Assembly: GCA_016722025.1 (NCBI GenBank)
Contig: JADKGZ010000018.1
Coordinates: 3,437 to 67,436 of the forward strand
Reading direction: 5' to 3'
From: Acidimicrobiaceae bacterium
GTDB lineage: Bacteria; Actinomycetota; Acidimicrobiia; Acidimicrobiales; Ilumatobacteraceae
Length of the DNA stretch: 64,000 nt
Part shown: positions 36,716 to 44,297 of the stretch, piece after piece
Layout: the number at the start of each line of letters is the position of its first letter
Position numbering within the stretch: position 1 is the first letter of the stretch
Notes under the pieces: model-generated
What the model was told of the DNA's origin: nothing
Seen by the model: the letters and a program-made list of their open reading frames with translations, nothing else
Databases searched by the model: none
Program-made: the position numbers and the translations under genes

Positions 36716-37525
36716 ATGAGCACCACCACACGCGGCATCCGAATCCAAGGCGACCCTCCGCTTGCGTTCCTGCGCAAGTTGCAGCAACTGGAAGCCCTGG
36801 TGGCGTCGATCGGCCAGGCCTGCTGGGTGTCAGGCCCAACGGCCGCGGCCATCCTCGGCCTCGACGGCTTCACCCTGAAGCCGCCCTTTCATGTCACCGT
36901 GCCCCGTGCCCGTCGTGTGCATCGCCACCAGCACCTCGTGCATCGCGCTCGATCGATCACTCGGCTCGACACCACCATGGCGATGGGCATGCCTTGCTTG
37001 TCGGCCACCCGATTGCTCATCGAGCTGGCAGCGAGCGAGTCGCCGAGGCGACTCACGGTCGCGCTCGACAGCGCGCTTCGCGACGGTCTCACGAGCGAGG
37101 ACTTCCTCCATCGACGGTTGATCGAGCTGCGCGGTCGGGGTCGCTCGGGCATCGATCGACTGCTGGCGGTCATCGCCGGCAGCGAGCTCGGCCGCGGCGG
37201 TCACTCGTACCTGGAACGGACGTTCCTGGAGCTGATGGACGAGCTGGGGTTCGAGCACCCGGCCACCCAGCAGGTGCTGGCCCAGCGCAAGAAGAGGTTG
37301 GTGAGGGTGGATTGTCACTTCCCTGGCACCAATGTCGTGGTCGAGTTGCTCGGTTACCAGTTCCATCGCACTCCGATGCAGATGCAGGAAGACGCCGAAC
37401 GGGTGAACCGGCTCCAGCTCGATGGCTACGTCGTGATGCAGTTCACCTACACCGATGTGGTGACTCGTTCGACGGTGATGCGGGAAACCCTCGCCGAGGC
37501 CTTGCGACGGTCCGACGTGCAATGA
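36716..37525 (+). CDS. DUF559 (Vsr-like endonuclease fold) protein with AbiEi-like N-terminal domain
   Basis: C-terminal ...VDCHFPGTNVVVELLGYQFH...DAERVNRLQLDGYVVMQFTYTDV is the DUF559 pattern. Confidence 0.75.
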   Translation: MSTTTRGIRIQGDPPLAFLRKLQQLEALVASIGQACWVSGPTAAAILGLDGFTLKPPFHVTVPRARRVHRHQHLVHRARSITRLDTTMAMGMPCLSATRLLIELAASESPRRLTVALDSALRDGLTSEDFLHRRLIELRGRGRSGIDRLLAVIAGSELGRGGHSYLERTFLELMDELGFEHPATQQVLAQRKKRLVRVDCHFPGTNVVVELLGYQFHRTPMQMQEDAERVNRLQLDGYVVMQFTYTDVVTRSTVMRETLAEALRRSDVQ

Positions 37526-37534
37526 ACCTTGTGC

Positions 37535-37597
37535 CCGCAACTGGGGAGCCGCGGAAGCCTACGTGGCGATCTGGGGAGGCCCGGTTGCGAGCACAAC
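37535..37597 (+). repeat. 63-nt direct repeat, right copy
   Basis: Starts 10 nt after the DUF559 stop. See 36576-36638. Confidence 0.7.
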
Positions 37598-37605
37598 CAT
37601 CTCCT

Positions 37606-37720
37606 GAAGGCCGGGGGCGATGCGGCTGGGTCGACGAAGGGCCGGGGACGATGCGGCCGGGTCGACGAAGGGCCGGGGCCGATGCGGCCGGGTCGACGAA
37701 GGGCCGGGGACGATGCGGCC
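37606..37720. repeat. 31-bp tandem repeat, about 3.7 copies (GAAGGGCCGGGGNCGATGCGGCCGGGTCGAC)
   Basis: Copies at 37606-37635, 37636-37666 and 37667-37697, plus a partial copy at 37698-37720. The unit is not a multiple of 3. Intergenic between convergent genes. Confidence 0.9.
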
Positions 37721-37729
37721 GCGCGGGCG

Positions 37730-38509
37730 CTACTGCTGGCGGCCGCGTTGTTGGATGGCGAGGCGGCGGGCCTCTACGTGTTCGGGGCTGAACATCTCGC
37801 GCTGCCAGCGGGCGGCGTTGGTGGCCTCGAGCTGCCAGCCGGGCTGATCGCCGTGGATCTCGCCGTACGTGGCGCGGATCTGACGGACGCCGGGCTGGTC
37901 GTTGCCGACGATGTCGCGGGCCAGCTGGCGGGTGAACGGCAGCAGATCGAGGTGGGCGACGACGTGGTTGACGAGGCCGAAGTGCAGCGCTTCCTCGGCC
38001 AGCATGAAGTTGCCGGTGAAGCTCATCTCCCGGGCGCGGCGAACGCCGATGGCCTGCGGCAACAGCACGGTCAGACCCCACCCGGGCATCACACCGACGC
38101 GTGAGTGCGTGTCGCCGAACTTGGCGAGCTCGCTGGCGACGAGGAAGTCGCAGTTGAGTGCCAGCTCGAAGCCGCCGGTGATGGCCACGCCGTTGACGGC
38201 CCCGATGACAGGCTTGGTCATGGCAGGAAACGGGCCGCGCACGCCATCGCGGTTCGGTCGGCCATCGGCCCCTGTCGCGCCGAGGTTGCCACCGGTGGAG
38301 CCGAGCTCCTTCAGATCGAGGCCGGCGCAGAACGCCGGGTCGCTGCCGGTGAGGATGACGACATCGACCTCGGCGTCCGCGTCGGCTTCACGCATGCGTT
38401 GCGGGAGCAGGCGCAGCACCTCGCTGGACAACGCGTTGCGCGCCTCTGGCCGGTTGAGGGTGATGGTGGCGATGCGTTCGCTCACCTCGTACACGACGAC
38501 GTCAGACAT
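37730..38509 (-). CDS. enoyl-CoA hydratase/isomerase (crotonase) family
   Basis: ITLNRPEARNAL...FCAGLDLKE...AVNGVAITGGFELAL. Confidence 0.85.
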   Translation of the reverse strand: MSDVVVYEVSERIATITLNRPEARNALSSEVLRLLPQRMREADADAEVDVVILTGSDPAFCAGLDLKELGSTGGNLGATGADGRPNRDGVRGPFPAMTKPVIGAVNGVAITGGFELALNCDFLVASELAKFGDTHSRVGVMPGWGLTVLLPQAIGVRRAREMSFTGNFMLAEEALHFGLVNHVVAHLDLLPFTRQLARDIVGNDQPGVRQIRATYGEIHGDQPGWQLEATNAARWQREMFSPEHVEARRLAIQQRGRQQ

Positions 38510-38570
38510 GGCCCGACCCTGCCACAGCGCTGTTGGGCGCGACGAGCCGCAGCACGCTCGCCGGTGAGGC

Positions 38571-39145
38571 TCAGCGCAGGTCGGCCAACTTCACCAGCGT
38601 TGCAGCGATCCAGCCGCCGAGCACCCCGAGGTGATCGTCGAGCAGGGTGTTGGCACCGTCGGCCAACGTCACCTCGGCCAGTTCGTAGAGGCCCTCGTAC
38701 GTCACCTCCACCGCGTGGTCGGGAGTGCTGCGGCTCTCCTCGGCGAACGCGATCTCCACCGTCACCCCCGCCCGCTCGAGACGACCATCGCCGATGAGCG
38801 GGCTCAGCTCTTCGGTGGCGCCGTGTGCGCCGGCTCGGGCGGCTCGAGCATGTTCTGCACCCGGAACACGATCTCGATCTCGATGGCGGGTTGCCGCTCG
38901 AGCACCTCGTCGACGTACCACTGGCGATATGCGGTCTGGCTCCATGACGGCCAGTCGAACGTGATGTGCGCCACCACATGTGGCGGCAGGCCTTCGCCGG
39001 GCAGGCCGTAACTCGTCTCCCACGTCAGGTCGCCGAGGAGGATGTCGGACTGGAAGTGCTCCTCGAACGGCTGGCGTTCGAGGAACGCAGCCTCGAACGC
39101 GTCGCGCAGCGCACTGATGGCATCGGTGAAGACGTGGTCGAGCAT
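38571..39145 (-). pseudogene. hypothetical protein, apparently split by a -1 frameshift near 38805-38850
   Basis: A plausible N-terminal 100 aa (MLDHVFTDAISALRDAFE...FRVQNMLE) ends at the TGA at 38804. A plausible C-terminal part (ATEELSPLIGDGRLERAGVTVEIAF...LVKLADLR) continues in the -1 frame to 38571. Confidence 0.5.
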
Positions 39146-39196
39146 GCGCCTGCGACGGTAGCGGGCTGCGCCGGGTCGATGAGTACGGTTGCACTC

Positions 39197-39955
39197 ATGT
39201 CGCTCGTACTTGTCGATGTGGCCGACGGTGTCGCCACGCTCACGCTCAACAACCCTGCCGAACGCAACACGCTCACCGCTGCCATGGTGGCGGAGATCAT
39301 CGGGGCAATGGACGACATCGAGTCCAACACCGCGGTTGGTGCACTGGTGGTCACCGGCACAGCGCCCGCCTTCTGCGCCGGTGCCAACCTGGGCAACCTG
39401 GCCGAATCCACCAAGGAGAGCCTGGGCGGCATCTATGAGGGCTTCCTGCGCATCGCCCGTAGCCCGCTCCCCACACTCGCGGCGGTGAACGGTGCTGCCG
39501 TCGGCGCCGGCATGAACCTGGCACTCGGATGCGACGTGCGCCTGGCAGCCCGTCGGGCCAAGTTCGACACCCGCTTCCTGCAGATCGGCATCCACCCCGG
39601 CGGCGGCCACACCTGGATGCTGCGCCGCATCGTCGGCCCACAGGCCACCTTCGCCGGCGTGGTGTTCGGTGAGGTGATGGATGGCCCCGAGGCCGAGCGC
39701 GTCGGCCTGGTGCACCGCTGCTACGACGATGACCAGCTGCTCGCGGCCGCACAGGAGATGGCGGCCCGTGCCGCCACCGCGCCGCGCGAACTGCTGATCG
39801 AAGTCAAGAAGACCATCCAGGACATGGCCGACGTCGGCACCCACCCCGAAGCGGTGGATCGTGAGCTGGTGCCCCAGGTGTGGAGCACCCGTCAACCCTG
39901 GTTCGCGCAGCGCATCGCCGCGTTGCAGGCGAAAATCAGCTCCAAGAAGGGCTGA
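39197..39955 (+). CDS. enoyl-CoA hydratase/isomerase (crotonase) family
   Basis: LTLNNPAERNTL...FCAGANL...AVNGAAVGAGMNLAL. Confidence 0.85.
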   Translation: MSLVLVDVADGVATLTLNNPAERNTLTAAMVAEIIGAMDDIESNTAVGALVVTGTAPAFCAGANLGNLAESTKESLGGIYEGFLRIARSPLPTLAAVNGAAVGAGMNLALGCDVRLAARRAKFDTRFLQIGIHPGGGHTWMLRRIVGPQATFAGVVFGEVMDGPEAERVGLVHRCYDDDQLLAAAQEMAARAATAPRELLIEVKKTIQDMADVGTHPEAVDRELVPQVWSTRQPWFAQRIAALQAKISSKKG

Positions 39956-40077
39956 CGCGCAGCGCGTCCAAAAGCGCGCAGAACTGTTACGGAAAGTCCC
40001 TACCTGGCCGCCGGCCCTTGGTCTACCGTTCGCGTACGGAGAGCAGCAGTACGTTCCGAAATCACACGGAGGTACCT

Positions 40078-40395
40078 ATGAGCCAGCGCCATCGCAACCA
40101 AGAGGCGGTTCCACCGCCGAAAGTGGATGCACAGGCACACGCCCACAACGAGCGGCATCGCATCAACAGCGAGTTGCATGCCGTTGCGGCCCAAGTGAGT
40201 GCGGGCTACGAGCCCGACGAGGTGCACGAGCCAGGCCGGGCCTGGGTGCCGCCGCACCATCACGACGCCGAGCGCGGCAAGAAGAGCGCCATGGCCAAGC
40301 CGCTGCGTCACTGGAAGGTGAAGGACTGGAAGCGGCGGACCGCGGTGCGCAAGGCGAAGGCGCAAGCCACTCGCCTCGTTGCCGAACAAGCCTGA
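40078..40395 (+). CDS. hypothetical small basic protein
   Basis: 105-aa ORF with an ACGGAGG RBS 6 nt upstream. His/Lys/Arg-rich. No family recognised. Confidence 0.45.
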   Translation: MSQRHRNQEAVPPPKVDAQAHAHNERHRINSELHAVAAQVSAGYEPDEVHEPGRAWVPPHHHDAERGKKSAMAKPLRHWKVKDWKRRTAVRKAKAQATRLVAEQA

Positions 40396-40419
40396 CCAAC
40401 CGCTCGGTCGGCCGCCGGC

Positions 40420-41046
40420 TCACAACCAGGCGGCCGACAGTTCGGCGCGGCGAGCCTGCCACTCCTCGGCGGTGATGCCGTAGCGAACGTGGTCTTCCCA
40501 CGCGCCGTTGATCTCGAGGAAGCGTTGTGCGACCCCTTCCTCGCGCAGCGCCAGCACTTCCACCACTCGTCGGCTGTTGAAGTTGCGCGGCACGATGCAG
40601 ATCTCGAGCCGGTGGAGGTGCAACTGCTCGAACGAGAACCGCATCACGGTGGCGACGCCTTCTGCGATGTACCGATGCCCGGCCTTGGCGCGGTCGATCC
40701 AGTAGCCGATGGTGCCACCTTGATGCGCACCGCGCACGATGCCGTTGAGGTTCACCTCGCCGGCGAGGTCGGCGCCGACGAAGAGGCCGAACCCGAAGGC
40801 GATGCCCATCTGCCGGTCGCGGTCGCGTGCGCTGCAGCGCGAACTGAACGCGTCGCGATCGCGGGTGGGGTCGAGCAGGTTGGCGGGGCGCAGCGGCTCC
40901 CAGGGGGTGAGCCATTGCTCGTTGCGCTGGCGCACCTCGCTCCACTGCTGCCAGTCTGCGGCGGTGAGCGGGCGCAGCATCACGCGGCGCCCATAGAGCC
41001 TGATGGCGCCACCCGTCGGCGCCGAAGGGTGACCGCGCCCGCTCAT
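40420..41046 (-). CDS. GNAT N-acetyltransferase (RimJ/RimL-like)
   Basis: ...GYWIDRAKAGHRYIAEGVATVMRFSFEQLHLHRLEICIVPRNFNSRRVVE. ATGA overlap with the upstream gene. Confidence 0.8.
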   Translation of the reverse strand: MSGRGHPSAPTGGAIRLYGRRVMLRPLTAADWQQWSEVRQRNEQWLTPWEPLRPANLLDPTRDRDAFSSRCSARDRDRQMGIAFGFGLFVGADLAGEVNLNGIVRGAHQGGTIGYWIDRAKAGHRYIAEGVATVMRFSFEQLHLHRLEICIVPRNFNSRRVVEVLALREEGVAQRFLEINGAWEDHVRYGITAEEWQARRAELSAAWL

Positions 41047-41528
41047 GGGGCCACCGCATCGCTGACGACCGTGAGCTGAACTGCCTGCAGGCCCCGGAGC
41101 GTCGCGACCAGCGCACAGCACACGCCGAGGATGTGGTGCACCTCGGCGGCGGGCAGCCCCGGGTTGCGGGCGCGGTTGGCGAGGGCCTCGGTGGCGAGGG
41201 TGCGGAACACTTCCTCGGCGGCGCCGCGCGACACATCGAACGGCAAGCCTTCCGAATGGCCGACCTCGGTGTCGACCAGTGCCTGCAGCCCGGGCCCGCA
41301 CACCTCGATGCTGTCGGCGAACGTGGAACTGGGGACTTCTCGCGTGACGTCTTCGATGTGATCCATGAAGATGCCGATGGCGTTGGTGAGCTCCTCGGGC
41401 AGCGGGGGGTCGGCCGCGATCATGGCTGCCAGCGTGTCGGTGCCGATGGGCACGGTGTAGCGCGCGCCGGCCTCACGATCGGCGAACACGGTGTCGCGCT
41501 GGCCCAGGCTGACGTGCAACGTGGTCAC
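41043..41528 (-). CDS. Ppx/GppA-family fragment (second subdomain only; the N-terminal subdomain is missing)
   Basis: 161 aa resembling ...DPP..EEL...(V/I)CGPG...ERARNPGL...(RADV-like)...VSDA of Ppx/GppA. GTGA overlap with the DUF501 stop. This is the usual DUF501-ppx gene order. Confidence 0.45.
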   Translation of the reverse strand: MTTLHVSLGQRDTVFADREAGARYTVPIGTDTLAAMIAADPPLPEELTNAIGIFMDHIEDVTREVPSSTFADSIEVCGPGLQALVDTEVGHSEGLPFDVSRGAAEEVFRTLATEALANRARNPGLPAAEVHHILGVCCALVATLRGLQAVQLTVVSDAVAP

Positions 41529-42058
41529 GCCGGCGCCTGCTCGCCCTGGTCGTTGATAGCACTGTCGTTGATGGCACTGTCGTTGATGGCACCGGGGTCG
41601 TCGGCCGCCTCGGCCAGCTTGGCTGCCACCCACCGGCCCACCGGGTCGTCGCCGCCCGCGAGGTGGTAGGCGTAGTGCGCGTGCAGGCACTTCACGCCGG
41701 TGCGCGTGCCGGCCACGCCCCCCGACGGCCGCGGGCCTGCGTGCCCTTGCGGGATCGCCGAGTCGCGCTCGGCGGCGTACCGTGCGTGGGCCGCCGCCAG
41801 CTCGGCGGCAGGGATGGCGGCCTCTGCGGCGCGGACGCCGCCCGCGGCCTCCAATCGGCTGACCCTGCGCAGTGCGTCCTTGCCGGCCAACCAGTACAGC
41901 GTGGGCATCGGACGCCCGTTGAACATCAACGGGTCGTTGCGCAGCACGACCGGCTCGCCCGACGCGTCGCGGACGACGACTTCGAAGGTGGCTTCCGGCT
42001 CGCGCCCGAGCAACTCGGCAACGCGCCGGGCATCGTGTGAGGCAGCACGGGTGGCCAT
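41525..42058 (-). CDS. DUF501 domain protein
   Basis: ...PMPTLYWL...GGVAGTRTGVKCLHAHYAYHLAGGDDPVGRW is the DUF501 pattern. Confidence 0.75.
   Translation of the reverse strand: MATRAASHDARRVAELLGREPEATFEVVVRDASGEPVVLRNDPLMFNGRPMPTLYWLAGKDALRRVSRLEAAGGVRAAEAAIPAAELAAAHARYAAERDSAIPQGHAGPRPSGGVAGTRTGVKCLHAHYAYHLAGGDDPVGRWVAAKLAEAADDPGAINDSAINDSAINDQGEQAPA
41549..41593 (-). repeat. in-frame 15-bp tandem repeat x3 (AINDS AINDS AINDQ) at the DUF501 C-terminus
   Basis: Units at 41549-41563, 41564-41578 and 41579-41593. Confidence 0.9.
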
Positions 42059-42071
42059 GGTGGCCTGGGGA

Positions 42072-42776
42072 CTACTTGCGCAGACGCCGCAGGACGAGCA
42101 GCAGCACCACGAGCCCACCGAACAGCGGCAGCAGGCGCTTCAGCACTGCCGATCCGGCGACATCGCTGAGCTCGATGGGCTCCGCGGCGGGGCCTTGGAT
42201 CTTGCGCACGGTGGGCGCCACCGGTGGTTGGTCGGTGGGTGCGGCGTCACCCGCGTCGGTGGCCGGCGTGGTGGGTGCTGCGGGCACCGGCTCGGCCGTC
42301 GCCGCTGCCGCGGGTTCATCGACCTCGGCATCGAGCATGGTGTTGAGGTTGTGGGCGAAGTCGGACATCAACTTCTCGCTGGTGTCGCGGATGACGCCCA
42401 AGCGGCCGAACTGGGCCACCTTGCCGGTGAGCTTGATGTCGGACTCGACCAGCACTTTGGTGACTTCGGGCGACACTGCGTGCAGCGTGGCCGTGATGAG
42501 CGCTTCGGCGTTGCCCTTGCCACCGGTGTCGCGGCCTTCGCCCTTCAGCACTGCGCGGTGGTTGACGTCGTCGCGCTCCAGGAAGTGTGCCTGGCCCTTG
42601 AACTGCGTGGAGATGGGCCCCAGCTTGAGCTTGACGACGCCGCGGTACATGTCGCCTTCGATCTCCTGCAGCTCGGCACCCTTCATGCACGGGGCGATGC
42701 GTTCGACGTTGGTGAGCACGGCCCAGGTGTGCTCGATGGAGCGATGGACGGTGAACTCGTTCAGCAGTGGTTCCAT
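42072..42776 (-). CDS. coxG: CoxG-like SRPBCC protein with C-terminal membrane anchor
   Basis: N-terminal CoxG pattern (KLGPISTQFKG...TGKVAQFG), a Pro/Ala/Thr linker, and a terminal TM LFGGLVVLLLVL. Confidence 0.75.
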   Translation of the reverse strand: MEPLLNEFTVHRSIEHTWAVLTNVERIAPCMKGAELQEIEGDMYRGVVKLKLGPISTQFKGQAHFLERDDVNHRAVLKGEGRDTGGKGNAEALITATLHAVSPEVTKVLVESDIKLTGKVAQFGRLGVIRDTSEKLMSDFAHNLNTMLDAEVDEPAAAATAEPVPAAPTTPATDAGDAAPTDQPPVAPTVRKIQGPAAEPIELSDVAGSAVLKRLLPLFGGLVVLLLVLRRLRK

Positions 42777-43327
42777 CGGGCGAGATCCTCCAGCGTGTCG
42801 ATGTCGGCCACCGATCCTACGCAGCTCACCGAGCAGACCCACTCCGGATGATCGCGTATGAGGCTGCGGGCGCCTTCGTCACCGCTGGTGGGGAGCAACG
42901 GCCACACCGGCGCGGCCAACCGCACCGGGTTGGGGCCGGGTGTGCCGTCATACGTGGCGATGACGATGCGACAGTCGGCCGCTGCCTGGGCCACTGCTCG
43001 CCAGGCAGCAGCGGTGACGAAGGGTTGGTCGGCGAGCCCGATGGTGACGGCGGAGGCGCCGAGCTCGCGGGCGGCGGCCACCGCCACCTGCACCGAGCTG
43101 GCCTGGCCGGTGGCCCAGGCAGCGTTGTGACGCACCACCGTGTGCGCCGTCCAGGGCAGTGCGACGGCGCCCGTGACGATCACCACATGATCGAAACCGG
43201 CAGCCTGCACCTGGTGCAACGCCCATTCCCACACCGGCTTGCCGCGCAGGATGCCGAGCAGCTTGTGCTCGTTGCCGGCGAAGCGAGTACCGCCGCCGGC
43301 AGCGAGAAGAGCGGCGACGGCGGGCAC
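42761..43327 (-). CDS. mocA: MobA-like NTP transferase, probable molybdenum cofactor cytidylyltransferase
   Basis: LLAAGGGTRF nucleotide-binding loop. Cox/Xdh accessory context. Confidence 0.7.
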   Translation of the reverse strand: MPAVAALLAAGGGTRFAGNEHKLLGILRGKPVWEWALHQVQAAGFDHVVIVTGAVALPWTAHTVVRHNAAWATGQASSVQVAVAAARELGASAVTIGLADQPFVTAAAWRAVAQAAADCRIVIATYDGTPGPNPVRLAAPVWPLLPTSGDEGARSLIRDHPEWVCSVSCVGSVADIDTLEDLARWNHC

Positions 43328-43421
43328 GTGGCGGAGCTTAGGCCACCTCGATGGGCGCCAACGGGTGTCTCATCGCACTCGATCGACATGACGAAATGAT
43401 GACGAAATCTTCACCGCGACG

Positions 43422-43451
43422 TTGATTGTTGCAGTTTCATGTCGCTATGGT
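43422..43451 (+). promoter_or_regulatory. candidate sigma-70 promoter TTGATT-N18-TATGGT
   Basis: -35 at 43422-43427 and -10 at 43446-43451, 174 nt upstream of the NlpC/P60 ATG. Confidence 0.45.
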
Positions 43452-43457
43452 TGCGGC

Positions 43458-43610
43458 CTGTTACATCAGCCGGTCGCATTCGTTCGCGTCCGGGTGGCCG
43501 ACACACCAACGCGGTGGCGCTCTCGTTTGGCGTCTTCGCCGTGGAAGAGGGTTGCAGACCCTTGTTCACGTCCGAACGACACTCACCTCGGTGAGTGCGA
43601 CCATGAGAGA
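43458..43610 (+). promoter_or_regulatory. candidate ydaO/yuaA-type (c-di-AMP) riboswitch in the NlpC/P60 leader
   Basis: CCGAACGACACUCACCUCGGUGAGUGCG (43572-43599) resembles the conserved 3' segment CCGAA.CCGACAGCU.ACCUCGU..GCG. Several upstream hairpins. The gene class matches known targets. Confidence 0.45.
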
Positions 43611-43624
43611 GGAACGTCACCATC

Positions 43625-44293
43625 ATGACGGTTCGTCACACCGTGCACGCAACAGTTCTCGCCGCATCGCTCGCTCTGGGCTGTGCAGCACTTCCGGCAG
43701 CGGCGTCCGCTGCACCGGCCACCCCGTCGGTGGCAAGCCCTTCGGTCGTCGTCGCCGGCGCCGATGGCCTGGCCGGGTACGCCAACAACGCGCTCGCGCA
43801 GTGGGCCAGGTACGCGCAGGCCGGCAACTCCGATGCGTTCACTCAGTTCGCCTCCATCCGCGATGGTGTCGCTGCCGAGGCGGCCAACCGCTTGGGCCTC
43901 GATGTCGCCCGCATGCAGTTGGCATGGCGCAACGCCGATGCTCCGCACCAGGTTGCGCTGATGGCCGCGTTCGCCGAGTTGGGCACCCCGTACCGCCGCA
44001 ACACCAGTTCGCCCGGTGTCGGGTTCGACTGCTCGGGCCTCACCACCTACGCGTGGGGCCAGGCCGGGGTGAAGCTCTTCCGCCAGAGTCGTACGCAGAT
44101 CAACAACGCCAAGGCAGTCACTCGTGAGACGGCACAGGCCGGCGATCTGGTGTACTACCCGGGGCACGTGATGATGTATCTCGGCATCGACAACGCCATC
44201 ATCCACGCACCGTTCACCGGGCGCAACGTGGAAGTCGACTTCATCTCCAAGAGCAGGGTCAACTCGGTTCGCTTCGGCAACCCGATGGGTTGA
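43625..44293 (+). CDS. NlpC/P60 (C40) cell-wall peptidase, secreted
   Basis: Signal peptide. Catalytic Cys in GFDCSGLTTYAW and His in PGHVMMYLG. Confidence 0.85.
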   Translation: MTVRHTVHATVLAASLALGCAALPAAASAAPATPSVASPSVVVAGADGLAGYANNALAQWARYAQAGNSDAFTQFASIRDGVAAEAANRLGLDVARMQLAWRNADAPHQVALMAAFAELGTPYRRNTSSPGVGFDCSGLTTYAWGQAGVKLFRQSRTQINNAKAVTRETAQAGDLVYYPGHVMMYLGIDNAIIHAPFTGRNVEVDFISKSRVNSVRFGNPMG

Positions 44294-44297
44294 GCCG

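Noticed and set aside
37606-37720. Possibility that the 31-bp tandem array (or the other short tandem arrays) is a CRISPR array
   Set aside because: The repeats are directly adjacent with no unique spacers, there are fewer than four copies, and no cas genes are present.
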